From assembly GCA_965657865.1 (NCBI GenBank), contig CBFHPQ010000003.1, positions 3,410-67,409 on the forward strand: 64,000 bases of DNA, written 5' to 3'. Origin of the DNA: Coraliomargaritaceae bacterium (GTDB taxonomy: Bacteria > Verrucomicrobiota > Verrucomicrobiia > Opitutales > Coraliomargaritaceae). The notes beneath the pieces are model-generated. The model saw only the letters and a list, made by a program, of their open reading frames with translations. It made no database searches and was not told where the DNA came from. Within the stretch, counting starts at the first letter, position 1. Each line of letters opens with the position of its first letter. The position numbers and the translations under genes were made by a program. Below are positions 11,983 to 20,374 of the stretch, in pieces.

Positions 11983-12876
11983 TTAAACTTCATCGAGCTC
12001 TTTCCGGACTCTTCGGTTTTCGATGCGGGCACCAACAAAAATTGCGAGCTCGTAAAGCGCGTACAAGATTAAGGTCGTTAAAGGTAGCGAGAGAAAATCT
12101 CCACCTGGCGTTAAGAATGCAGAAAAGACCATCATTCCGACAAAAACAGACCGACGCAGCGAACGCAGTTGAGCAGTCGCTACCAGTTGAATGAAAACTA
12201 AAATGATGAGCAAAAGCGGGAACTGAAAAATACCGCCCGTAGCAAGGGAAAACCAAACCACCATGCTGTAATACTCAGAGGCAGCTAAAAGAACTTGGAA
12301 GTCCATAAGCTGATTGAACTTTACTGATACCGTCAAAGTAAGCGGTAAGATAATAAAAAATGCGACCGCCACTCCCAAAAGAAAAAGAATGAATGCCGAT
12401 AAGCACGCAGGGCGTAAAATTTTTCGTTCAGTATCAGTCAGTCCAGGAGCGATAAAACAAGCTAAAAAATATAAAACAAAGGGCATTGAAAGCACTAACC
12501 CACCCAGAAGCGCAATTTGAATAAATACTGAGAAAACTCCCATAGGTTTGTAGGTGATCAATTTCTGTTCAACCAAATCAGGCGATCCATACGCTTGCAC
12601 CAAAGGCATTTGAAGAAAACTGCCAATATAGGGCATTAATATAACAACAAGCGTCACGCCTAATACAAAAGCGATCAAACTGCGGGCAACAGTCCAACGA
12701 AACGCCTCCATATGACCAAGAAATGTCATTGAATCTGCGTCATCTTCTTCTGAGGCATCTATTTCTTCAAAAATATCTTCCTCATCGTCTGTATCTGGAT
12801 GCTCTGGTCCCTCTCCTTCCATGCATTTTAATTGGAGAGCTTCTTCAAGGCTGGCAACAACTTTAGCAGCTTTCAT
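11983..12876 (-). CDS. tatC: twin-arginine translocase subunit TatC
   Basis: Six-TM protein. [19 protein letters not shown] matches the TatC N-terminal L-x-H-L-x-E-L-R region. The start is ambiguous. ATG 12876 adds a 49-aa acidic extension, whereas ATG 12729 gives a canonical N-terminus. Confidence 0.85.
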   Translation of the reverse strand: MKAAKVVASLEEALQLKCMEGEGPEHPDTDDEEDIFEEIDASEEDDADSMTFLGHMEAFRWTVARSLIAFVLGVTLVVILMPYIGSFLQMPLVQAYGSPDLVEQKLITYKPMGVFSVFIQIALLGGLVLSMPFVLYFLACFIAPGLTDTERKILRPACLSAFILFLLGVAVAFFIILPLTLTVSVKFNQLMDFQVLLAASEYYSMVVWFSLATGGIFQFPLLLIILVFIQLVATAQLRSLRRSVFVGMMVFSAFLTPGGDFLSLPLTTLILYALYELAIFVGARIENRRVRKELDEV

Positions 12877-12890
12877 TTAATCCAATTTTA

Positions 12891-12924
12891 TTTACAAATT
12901 AAGTATAAATACTTAATTTGTAAA
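12891..12924. promoter_or_regulatory. perfect 16+16 bp inverted repeat (2-nt spacer) in the tatC / large-ORF divergent spacer; candidate operator or RBS-occluding hairpin
   Basis: TTTACAAATTAAGTAT-AA-ATACTTAATTTGTAAA was verified base by base. It ends 3 nt before ATG 12928. Confidence 0.5.
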
Positions 12925-12927
12925 GTT

Positions 12928-15900
12928 ATGAAGCTTTTAAGAGGTCCATCGAGAATGGGATATGCGCTTATCTGTTTTCTAATAATGTCGAGTTTACTAC
13001 TCACATTAACGCTTTCATTAAGTTGCTTTGTAAGAATTGAAAATCAGCAAAAGAACATATCCCTAAATAGGCTAAAAACTAAACAAGCTGCCAAGTTCGC
13101 ACTTTTACTCGCTCAGGCACAATTAACAAAAAGTTTAACATCTGATCAACGAACGACAGCCCAAGCTCGAATCCTCGGCGCTGATTGCCGACTCGAAAAT
13201 CAATCATGGATTGGAGTATGGAATAACTCTCTTCCTCTCAGTCCACCTACCTGGTTGGTTTCAGGTAGATCGCCATCGCCCTCACCTCTAGAATCTCGAA
13301 CTGCCTTCAATGAGCTAAAAATTCAGGCTGGATATGATCACGATAAGGATGGTGAATACACGGGGATAAAAGACATACCTCCGCAAACAGTTCCGCTTAT
13401 TCGTATTGATGATCAATTAGAAATTGCATGGTGGATTGAAGATCACGGAATTCAAGCTCCCTTAGAGCCCGTGAAGGGTGTCTGGCAACAGCTCCAAGAA
13501 TTCCCGAGCAACCGCTACCTAGATTATAGCAAAAGCACCCTACAACTTTCGCAAATTCTCCATGTTCCTGTTTTTAAGACGCCCTTTTTTAACAACGCAA
13601 CGTCGCCATCTTTAGATCTTCAAACCTTCGCAAAAGATTGCTTTACCCAGGAGCAACTTAAACTCGTAGATCTCAATTTAGAAACTAAATCTACTGACTT
13701 CGATTGGTTTAAATTATTTCAAAATCATACTCTCCGGAATTCGTTTCTCTTAACAGATCCTATTGCAGGAGGCTTCAAAAAAGACCTTTCCTTCGCAAAA
13801 GTCATTCCTCTTGAAACAACCTCCAATGAAGATCTACAAAGCCTTTATCCGTACCCCAGTAACGCATTTAATAAAAATTGTATCCGCCTCTTAAAACTCG
13901 AACGCCCTCTCAATCAAGCGGGAAACTCGATTGATTATGGCATCATTCCGCTCGAAGCACCTGCCCCTACAGACCAATTCTTTTTCACACTCGCACCCGT
14001 TTTAACGGAATGCCTTTTCAGCTTTGGGTTAGCAACTGATTCCGCATCCGAAGGCAGAGAAATCTATCTTGTTAGTAAATGTGCGCTCGAACTATGGAAC
14101 CCTTATGCAATTCCAATTCGCATTGGAGACTCCAGTTACGCTTTTGGAGATGGGTATTCCGACCTCATAATTAGCATTGAAAATTTACCTCAATATACCC
14201 TCACCAACTTAAATTCGCTTGCAAGTGTTTCAGGCAGCCTCCCAGACCAAAGTTTTAAATGGAGCAACTATGCAAACGCAAAAAAGTTCCGCCCCGGCAT
14301 GGTTTATCGAAATTCCTTACCGCCCGATTCTCTTAACGGTGACATCGGAACCCGTCATCAAGCCTTAGGACAAAGTCTTAAAAGTAACCCTGCAGATCGA
14401 GTTGTTTTAAATCTTAGCTTCTCTAACGAGCCAATAATTATAAGCTTAAAAACTATAAATGCTATAGGCGATTCTAAGGTACTTTTTAAAGCCGAAATTT
14501 TAAATTATCCAAACGGTACAATAAATTATCAAACCGGGACACGCAATCGATCCTACTGGTTCGCTCGTAATAAAAATTCTCCAGACGGAATTTCCGGAAT
14601 GAACAATGAATCACTTGAAACAAATGGCTATGCATTTGGATTTCGAATTAAACTATTTGACCAAAACTTAAACGACTGGAATCGCTTCTTAAAAGAGTAT
14701 GAATTTCGGTATCCGTTATTGAGCGTAAATCTAAATGAATGGAGCCCTACTTCAATTTGGGATACTACCCCAGCAATTCCCTACGATTTCCGCCTCAACT
14801 CAAGCAACTGCAATCCAGCGGACTTTGATCCATCTATCTGCTTCAGTCCGCAAGATTTATTTCATTACGAAACGGGGAGCGGTTCAGTTGGACGACGCGA
14901 CCGTATTGTACGAACATTGGATGCACCGACAGCCGAAAAGACCCATCTTAGTATTTTTCAAGGCCTCTTCCAAAAAGATCTTACCCGCAAAACTATTGGG
15001 AGTGCTTCAGCAAAAGTACTAAATTCACTCTTTGACCACTACTTCTTTTCAACACTACCTGACTCGGCGATCATTGACTGGGATGGCAAGCAGCCGCTAC
15101 TAAATCCTCGAATCCAATCCATTGACCCTACAAATCCACCAAAGCTAGACTCCTCAAATAAAGCGAAAGACCTAAGGCTAGTAAACGGGTTCAATATTAA
15201 TAGTACCCTCCCCCTAGCATGGGCCGCTATCCTTTCCCCACATTCATTGAAAGAACAACAGTTATTTGCGCGTTATGAATTAGGTTCCAGTCCACTCGGG
15301 AGGCCTAAATGGTTTAAGGTCAATAAAGAGATTCAGAATGGATTTTTTAGACATCTCCAAACCGCGCTCTTCAATTTAACCGAAAAAGAAAATGATCCTC
15401 ATTATAAAGTATCAATCCAGGCCGATGACCCACTATATCCATCTCAATTAAAAATTGCGCCCGTAAGTCTAAACACAAAACGTCAGCACCTAGCTTTCAT
15501 TCAACCACTTCGCGAACTCAGCCAAACTGAAGTCGAAACGCTCAGCAAAGAAATTGTAGATGCCCTCATTGATTTCTATGCCATTCATAAGCACCCGCCT
15601 CTAAGTATACGCCAGTTCCTAAATGAAGCAATTTTACAAAAGGCAATTGACGCAACTCTAACGATCAATGCAGGCGCAAGCGACCCCGAGTTCATTCCTC
15701 AAGGCACCCTAGCCCACTTCAGTCAATTGCATCTCATGAATCACCTCGCGCCTTTTGCATTCACCCGTTCCGATACTTTCACCATCCACGCTTACGCGAT
15801 ACGGACGGATCCACTCAACAAAAACCTGCGTACTGCATCTTGTTTAAGTTTAAAGGCTCGAAGGCAATACATACCAAACGAGCAAGACCCCGAAAACACC

Positions 15901-15954
15901 TCTCGGAACTTTGCCTATTACGACTTAACGGAGCATTCTTTTAGAATTCCCTAA
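12928..15954 (+). CDS. large (~1008 aa) hypothetical protein with GspK/PilX-like pseudopilin-type N-terminal anchor
   Basis: MKLLRGPSRMG|YALICFLIMSSLLLTLTLSL shows a basic leader, Gly and a hydrophobic helix with no Glu+5. The QAAKFALLLAQAQL helix follows. IAWWIEDHGIQAPL looks like a degenerate GspK motif. I recognise nothing in the remaining ~800 aa. Confidence 0.55.
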   Translation: MKLLRGPSRMGYALICFLIMSSLLLTLTLSLSCFVRIENQQKNISLNRLKTKQAAKFALLLAQAQLTKSLTSDQRTTAQARILGADCRLENQSWIGVWNNSLPLSPPTWLVSGRSPSPSPLESRTAFNELKIQAGYDHDKDGEYTGIKDIPPQTVPLIRIDDQLEIAWWIEDHGIQAPLEPVKGVWQQLQEFPSNRYLDYSKSTLQLSQILHVPVFKTPFFNNATSPSLDLQTFAKDCFTQEQLKLVDLNLETKSTDFDWFKLFQNHTLRNSFLLTDPIAGGFKKDLSFAKVIPLETTSNEDLQSLYPYPSNAFNKNCIRLLKLERPLNQAGNSIDYGIIPLEAPAPTDQFFFTLAPVLTECLFSFGLATDSASEGREIYLVSKCALELWNPYAIPIRIGDSSYAFGDGYSDLIISIENLPQYTLTNLNSLASVSGSLPDQSFKWSNYANAKKFRPGMVYRNSLPPDSLNGDIGTRHQALGQSLKSNPADRVVLNLSFSNEPIIISLKTINAIGDSKVLFKAEILNYPNGTINYQTGTRNRSYWFARNKNSPDGISGMNNESLETNGYAFGFRIKLFDQNLNDWNRFLKEYEFRYPLLSVNLNEWSPTSIWDTTPAIPYDFRLNSSNCNPADFDPSICFSPQDLFHYETGSGSVGRRDRIVRTLDAPTAEKTHLSIFQGLFQKDLTRKTIGSASAKVLNSLFDHYFFSTLPDSAIIDWDGKQPLLNPRIQSIDPTNPPKLDSSNKAKDLRLVNGFNINSTLPLAWAAILSPHSLKEQQLFARYELGSSPLGRPKWFKVNKEIQNGFFRHLQTALFNLTEKENDPHYKVSIQADDPLYPSQLKIAPVSLNTKRQHLAFIQPLRELSQTEVETLSKEIVDALIDFYAIHKHPPLSIRQFLNEAILQKAIDATLTINAGASDPEFIPQGTLAHFSQLHLMNHLAPFAFTRSDTFTIHAYAIRTDPLNKNLRTASCLSLKARRQYIPNEQDPENTSRNFAYYDLTEHSFRIP

Positions 15955-15964
15955 AACGAGTCGC

Positions 15965-17191
15965 CTATAGCTCAGGACCGTCTTGAGCTTCTGCGCGACG
16001 GCGCAAACGCAAAGCGTTTAGATGGATAAATCCAGTCGCATCATCGGGGTTATAATCACTAGCTACACCTTCCATAGACGCGATATCTTCATCGTAAAGC
16101 GATAGCGGAGACTTACGACCCACCGTCGTGATATTACCCTTGTAAAGCTTAAGGCGCACCGTTCCAGTGACGGTCTTTTGCGAATCGTCGATGAGCGCCT
16201 GTAAAGCTTCGCGCTCAGGAGCGTACCAAAACCCATTGTATATGAGCTGCGCATAGCGCGGTATCAAGCTATCGCGTAAATGCATGAGGTCACGATCCAT
16301 CGTAAGGGTCTCCATATTTCGGTGCGCATGCAGAAGGATTGTACCTGCTGGGGTTTCATAGACCCCGCGACTCTTCATCCCGACAAATCGATTTTCCACA
16401 ATATCCACGCGCCCTACTCCGTGCTTACCAGCAAGGGCATTTAAATGACGCATCACCTCGGCTGGAGTCATTGCAACACCATCCACCGCCACGCAATCAC
16501 CTTTTTCAAAATCAAGCTCTACGTACTCGGGCGTGTTCGGCGCATCCTCAGGCGCAGTCGTCAATTTATACATACCCTTATTGTCATCCGTTGTGGGATC
16601 AAACCACGGGTCTTCCAAAATGCCTGCTTCATACGATATATGCAGAAGGTTTCGATCCATCGAATACGGCTTAGAGGCACTCGCCTCCACATCGATCTTT
16701 TGCTCACGGCAATAGTCAATCATCTCGGTGCGTCCGGGAAATGCTTTGCGGAAGACTTCCATACGCCACGGTGAAATGATTTGCACCTGCGGGGCTAAAG
16801 CGCCGTAAGTGAGCTCAAAGCGGACTTGGTCATTGCCTTTACCCGTTGCGCCGTGCGCCACAGCATCCGCACCCTCTTTCTTTGCTATTTCAATGTGCGC
16901 CTTCGCAATCAGCGGCCGCGCTATGGATGTTCCTAAAAGATACTGTCCTTCATAAATTGCATTGGCGCGCAACATTGGGTAAATGAAATCAGCGGCAAAT
17001 TCATCGACTAAATCCAAGGTATAGTGCTTGGAGGCACCAGTGGCTTTTGCCTTATCCTCGAGACCCTCAAGTTCCTCTTCCTGTCCCACATCTGCAGCAA
17101 AGGTTATGATCTCCGCAGAATACTGCTCCTTGAGCCAGCTAACAAGAACGGAGGTGTCGAGCCCCCCTGAATACGCGAGTACAATTTTCAT
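15965..17191 (-). CDS. argG: argininosuccinate synthase
   Basis: [15 protein letters not shown] (ATP pyrophosphatase motif), plus [13 protein letters not shown]. Length is 408 aa. Confidence 0.95.
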   Translation of the reverse strand: MKIVLAYSGGLDTSVLVSWLKEQYSAEIITFAADVGQEEELEGLEDKAKATGASKHYTLDLVDEFAADFIYPMLRANAIYEGQYLLGTSIARPLIAKAHIEIAKKEGADAVAHGATGKGNDQVRFELTYGALAPQVQIISPWRMEVFRKAFPGRTEMIDYCREQKIDVEASASKPYSMDRNLLHISYEAGILEDPWFDPTTDDNKGMYKLTTAPEDAPNTPEYVELDFEKGDCVAVDGVAMTPAEVMRHLNALAGKHGVGRVDIVENRFVGMKSRGVYETPAGTILLHAHRNMETLTMDRDLMHLRDSLIPRYAQLIYNGFWYAPEREALQALIDDSQKTVTGTVRLKLYKGNITTVGRKSPLSLYDEDIASMEGVASDYNPDDATGFIHLNALRLRRRAEAQDGPEL

Positions 17192-17243
17192 AATTTACCC
17201 TAAACAAAATTGAGAACTCGTCACTGGCAAGAACGCATTCTAA

Positions 17244-17275
17244 TAAAAAGCCCCGTGATTCGAAAATCACGGGGC
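17244..17275 (-). terminator. rho-independent terminator after the porin-like gene
   Basis: GCCCCGTGATT-loop-AATCACGGGGC hairpin. On the minus strand it is followed by TTTTTATTA. Confidence 0.7.
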
Positions 17276-17303
17276 CAAAAGCATTAAATTAGGTACTTCT
17301 TAA

Positions 17304-18236
17304 TTAGAATGTGAAGAGCAATTCAACCGCGCCACCAAGAACATCATCGGCGCCAGCAGCATCGGGCTCAAAGCTTGTAAGCTCAGCGATCAATGCAAGG
17401 TTATCAGCAAGTGCAAGATTGTGCGCAACTGTGATTGCAGAACCTGCAGGAGTCTCAACTGCGTTCGTAGCGTCCAATGTATCCAATTCATTCGTTGCAT
17501 AACGAAGGGTAATGGATGCGGTATCGCTGTAGCTGTAGTTCGCCATGACTTGGTAGTCAGTCGCATCTTCGGCACTCGTCTCACCATTATACTGCGCTAC
17601 TTCAGCAGCAAACAACCATGCACCTGTTTCGTAGGTTACATACATGTTATAAACGCTTGTATCTTCTACACCATCTTGTGAGTTCAAGCGAGCTCCAAGA
17701 AAACCATTAAGACCCTCACTGAGCTCAAGTGAATACGCAGCTTCAATCGAATAACCGCCATTGTCGGCAATACGATTATCATTTACACCATCAACAATTG
17801 CTACACCAAGCGAACCATTCGTATATTTAATACCTTGGTCATAACCGGGAAGATTGCTCGTGGAGATCGCGTTAGAGACTTGATACAAACCAGTTGGCTC
17901 GAAATCTTCGAAACCTAGCTGTGAAGCCATGCGACCCGCTGTAATTGCTCCGCTATTACCAAGATCATAGCTCACAAAGGCTTGCTCGATGTTTGTGCCT
18001 ACTTCGCCTTCTTCGTATTCAACATCAACTTGCGCTGACACTGCACCTGAACTGAAGAGGAAATCGAACTCTACTTGGTCGATACCTACCTCAGAATTGT
18101 TGCCTGCGCCTTCTAGGTCAGACCATGACATGTCAATAAAACCTTCTACTGAGAGTGACTCAGTCAAGGCGATCTCCGCATTGGAGAAACTAGTAGCTGC
18201 AATAATTGCAGATGTAATAGCAATTTGTTTTTTCAT
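17304..18236 (-). CDS. putative outer-membrane beta-barrel porin
   Basis: Signal peptide, alternating amphipathic beta-strand pattern, very acidic loops and a C-terminal aromatic residue (..VELLFTF). Confidence 0.55.
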   Translation of the reverse strand: MKKQIAITSAIIAATSFSNAEIALTESLSVEGFIDMSWSDLEGAGNNSEVGIDQVEFDFLFSSGAVSAQVDVEYEEGEVGTNIEQAFVSYDLGNSGAITAGRMASQLGFEDFEPTGLYQVSNAISTSNLPGYDQGIKYTNGSLGVAIVDGVNDNRIADNGGYSIEAAYSLELSEGLNGFLGARLNSQDGVEDTSVYNMYVTYETGAWLFAAEVAQYNGETSAEDATDYQVMANYSYSDTASITLRYATNELDTLDATNAVETPAGSAITVAHNLALADNLALIAELTSFEPDAAGADDVLGGAVELLFTF

Positions 18237-18293
18237 ATATATGTAATTATAGTTAGTTTGCTTGCTTCCTGACTTGGTTAAACCGCACTGTAA

Positions 18294-18797
18294 TTAGTTG
18301 GTTTCCTGAGCCCGAAAATTGGGTGAACGCACCGCGATTACGGCGCCTTCATAGAAACTTATTTTGCCACTGAGCGCATTTTTTTGATCTCCGAGGCTAG
18401 TTTCGTAATATAAAACTCTATCTACACGGGGCTTGAGCGACTTTACGCTTCGCGGCGCTTCCCCAAGCAGTTCAATGACACGTTCCTCCGAGATACCGAC
18501 ACGAATACCCTCCCATTGCTCGGGACGTGTCCAACGAAGCGTGCGCCATGCACTGTTCTTCAATATATCAAAAGATGATTGGTTCATCTCCCCCGCCGCT
18601 TGTACCGTATCAGTAACCCTTTGAACCGTCTTTAGCTCAGCTTCGCTTGTACTTAAACGTGATTCCAAAACTAAAATACGAGCTTCCAAGTCCGTAATTC
18701 GCTTTTCGAGAGAAGACACTTCGCCCGCCGATGCTGCACAAGTGAGGCTAATAGCAAGGGTATTAAATAGGGCGGTATTAAGAGAAATAATACGCAT
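18294..18797 (-). CDS. secreted coiled-coil protein with BamE/SmpA-OmlA-like C-terminal domain
   Basis: A signal peptide follows M21 of the track ORF. LEKRITDLEARILVLESRLSTSEAELK is a coiled coil. GISEERVIELLGEAPRSV resembles the SmpA/OmlA fold. Confidence 0.35.
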   Translation of the reverse strand: MRIISLNTALFNTLAISLTCAASAGEVSSLEKRITDLEARILVLESRLSTSEAELKTVQRVTDTVQAAGEMNQSSFDILKNSAWRTLRWTRPEQWEGIRVGISEERVIELLGEAPRSVKSLKPRVDRVLYYETSLGDQKNALSGKISFYEGAVIAVRSPNFRAQETN

Positions 18798-19054
18798 AGA
18801 ATTAATGCGTATACTCCTGTATAAACGTAAAAAGACAAGAAAAAACCGTTTTTTCAATAGATATACACTTTAAAAGGCGACATTATGACACAGTGAGTTA
18901 TTCACAATCCTTGGAATCATGACACTCTTTTGTCACATTATCCCTTTGAGGAACAGGGCTTAAAGGACGTTTTAATTCATTAAAAAAGCCTAGAAAAAGT
19001 TATTCACACGCAGAACTTGCCATCATAAAAAATTTAGACATTTATTGGAATAAT

Positions 19055-19519
19055 ATGCTTTTTGAGTCAAAATCTACCCGAAAAATTGAATTTTCAGAGA
19101 CCGATATGGCGGGTCTCGTTCATTTTTCTAACTTTTTCAAATATATGGAGACTGCCGAACGAGATTTTTTCGAGGCAGCAGGGCTGGATCTCATAAGCAG
19201 AGACCCCGGGTCGATGCGCGGTTGGCCACGCACGCGCGCCGAATGTAAATTTTCTGCCCCACTCCACTTTGGAGATACCATCGAAATCCATCTTGCAGTT
19301 TCAGCGCTCAAAGATCGTTCCATCGAGTACCTATTTAGAATATTTAGGCTCAATCCCGACGGAACCCAAACACAAGCAGGTAAGGGTCAATTAACTACCA
19401 TTTGCGCAGCACGAGAGGACGACGGCTCTTTAAAAAGCCAAATGTTACCCAAAGAGGTGCTCGAGCGCATTTGTGTTGCCCCTGCTCAGGTGCTTGCACG
19501 CCCTTCAGGCATCCAATAG
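19055..19519 (+). CDS. acyl-CoA thioesterase, 4HBT/YbgC hotdog family
   Basis: The segment [28 protein letters not shown] is typical of YbgC-like thioesterases. Confidence 0.75.
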   Translation: MLFESKSTRKIEFSETDMAGLVHFSNFFKYMETAERDFFEAAGLDLISRDPGSMRGWPRTRAECKFSAPLHFGDTIEIHLAVSALKDRSIEYLFRIFRLNPDGTQTQAGKGQLTTICAAREDDGSLKSQMLPKEVLERICVAPAQVLARPSGIQ

Positions 19520-19529
19520 TTACAATCCC

Positions 19530-20309
19530 ATGAAACCTCATCTCCTTGTAACCAATGACGACGGAATAGAATCTGCATTTTTGCACCGCTTAGTTTCTGC
19601 CTTAGAGCAAAAATTCGAACTATCTGTGGCAGCCCCCGCCTTTGAGCAAAGTTGGATCGGCAGAGCAATCAGTCGCCACAAAGAAATAGAGGTTTTATCG
19701 GGAGCATCGCATTTCCCTGAAACGGTTCAGGCTTGGGCAATTAATGGAACCCCAACTGATTGCGTGAATATCGCGATGGGGCACCTCGTTAAACGCCCCG
19801 TAGATGCGGTCGTTTCAGGCATCAATATCGGTTACAATACAACAGAAACACTGGTTTTAAGCTCTGGAACAGTTGCTGGAGCTATTGAAGGAGCGCAATG
19901 GGGCTTACCCGCGATCGCCTTTAGTCAATGCGTTCCTTTCTCAGATTTTGAAAATATTCGAGATGCAAATGGGCACATTAAGAATAAAGCATTTGAAGCT
20001 TCTCAGTTAGCCGCCGCCCAACATGCCGCTGAAATAACTTCAGATATTTTGAAAAATCCACCCAGTGAGAGCGAAGTTATCAATGTCAACTTTCCAGAGA
20101 TCACATCACCCGATACACAAATCAAAAAAACAGTTCCCGCAAAATTACGCTTGGGTTCGCTTTATACCCCCTGCGGCTCAGGAAAATTTAAATTCCAATT
20201 CAGCATGGGCGAACTAATGGAAGCAAACCCTCTCAGTGACCGCTCCGTACTTGAAGACGGATTCATCAGTTACGGGCGCCTAAATTTCGGTCGCATCGGA
20301 GTGCTTTAG
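19530..20309 (+). CDS. surE: 5'/3'-nucleotidase SurE
   Basis: MKPHLLVTNDDGIES and GINIGYN are SurE signatures. I prefer the internal ATG at 19530. Confidence 0.85.
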   Translation: MKPHLLVTNDDGIESAFLHRLVSALEQKFELSVAAPAFEQSWIGRAISRHKEIEVLSGASHFPETVQAWAINGTPTDCVNIAMGHLVKRPVDAVVSGINIGYNTTETLVLSSGTVAGAIEGAQWGLPAIAFSQCVPFSDFENIRDANGHIKNKAFEASQLAAAQHAAEITSDILKNPPSESEVINVNFPEITSPDTQIKKTVPAKLRLGSLYTPCGSGKFKFQFSMGELMEANPLSDRSVLEDGFISYGRLNFGRIGVL

Positions 20310-20374
20310 CTAATTGGGCAATCTTTGCTGCAATAAAACTTGCGCTTCCCATTGCTAAAAAATATTTATTTACG

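Noticed and set aside
12832-12927. Upstream extension of the large ORF (track start 12832), overlapping tatC by 45 nt
   Set aside because: The extension reads through the AT-rich palindrome and encodes an implausible N-terminus ([32 protein letters not shown]). ATG 12928 immediately precedes the basic leader and hydrophobic anchor.
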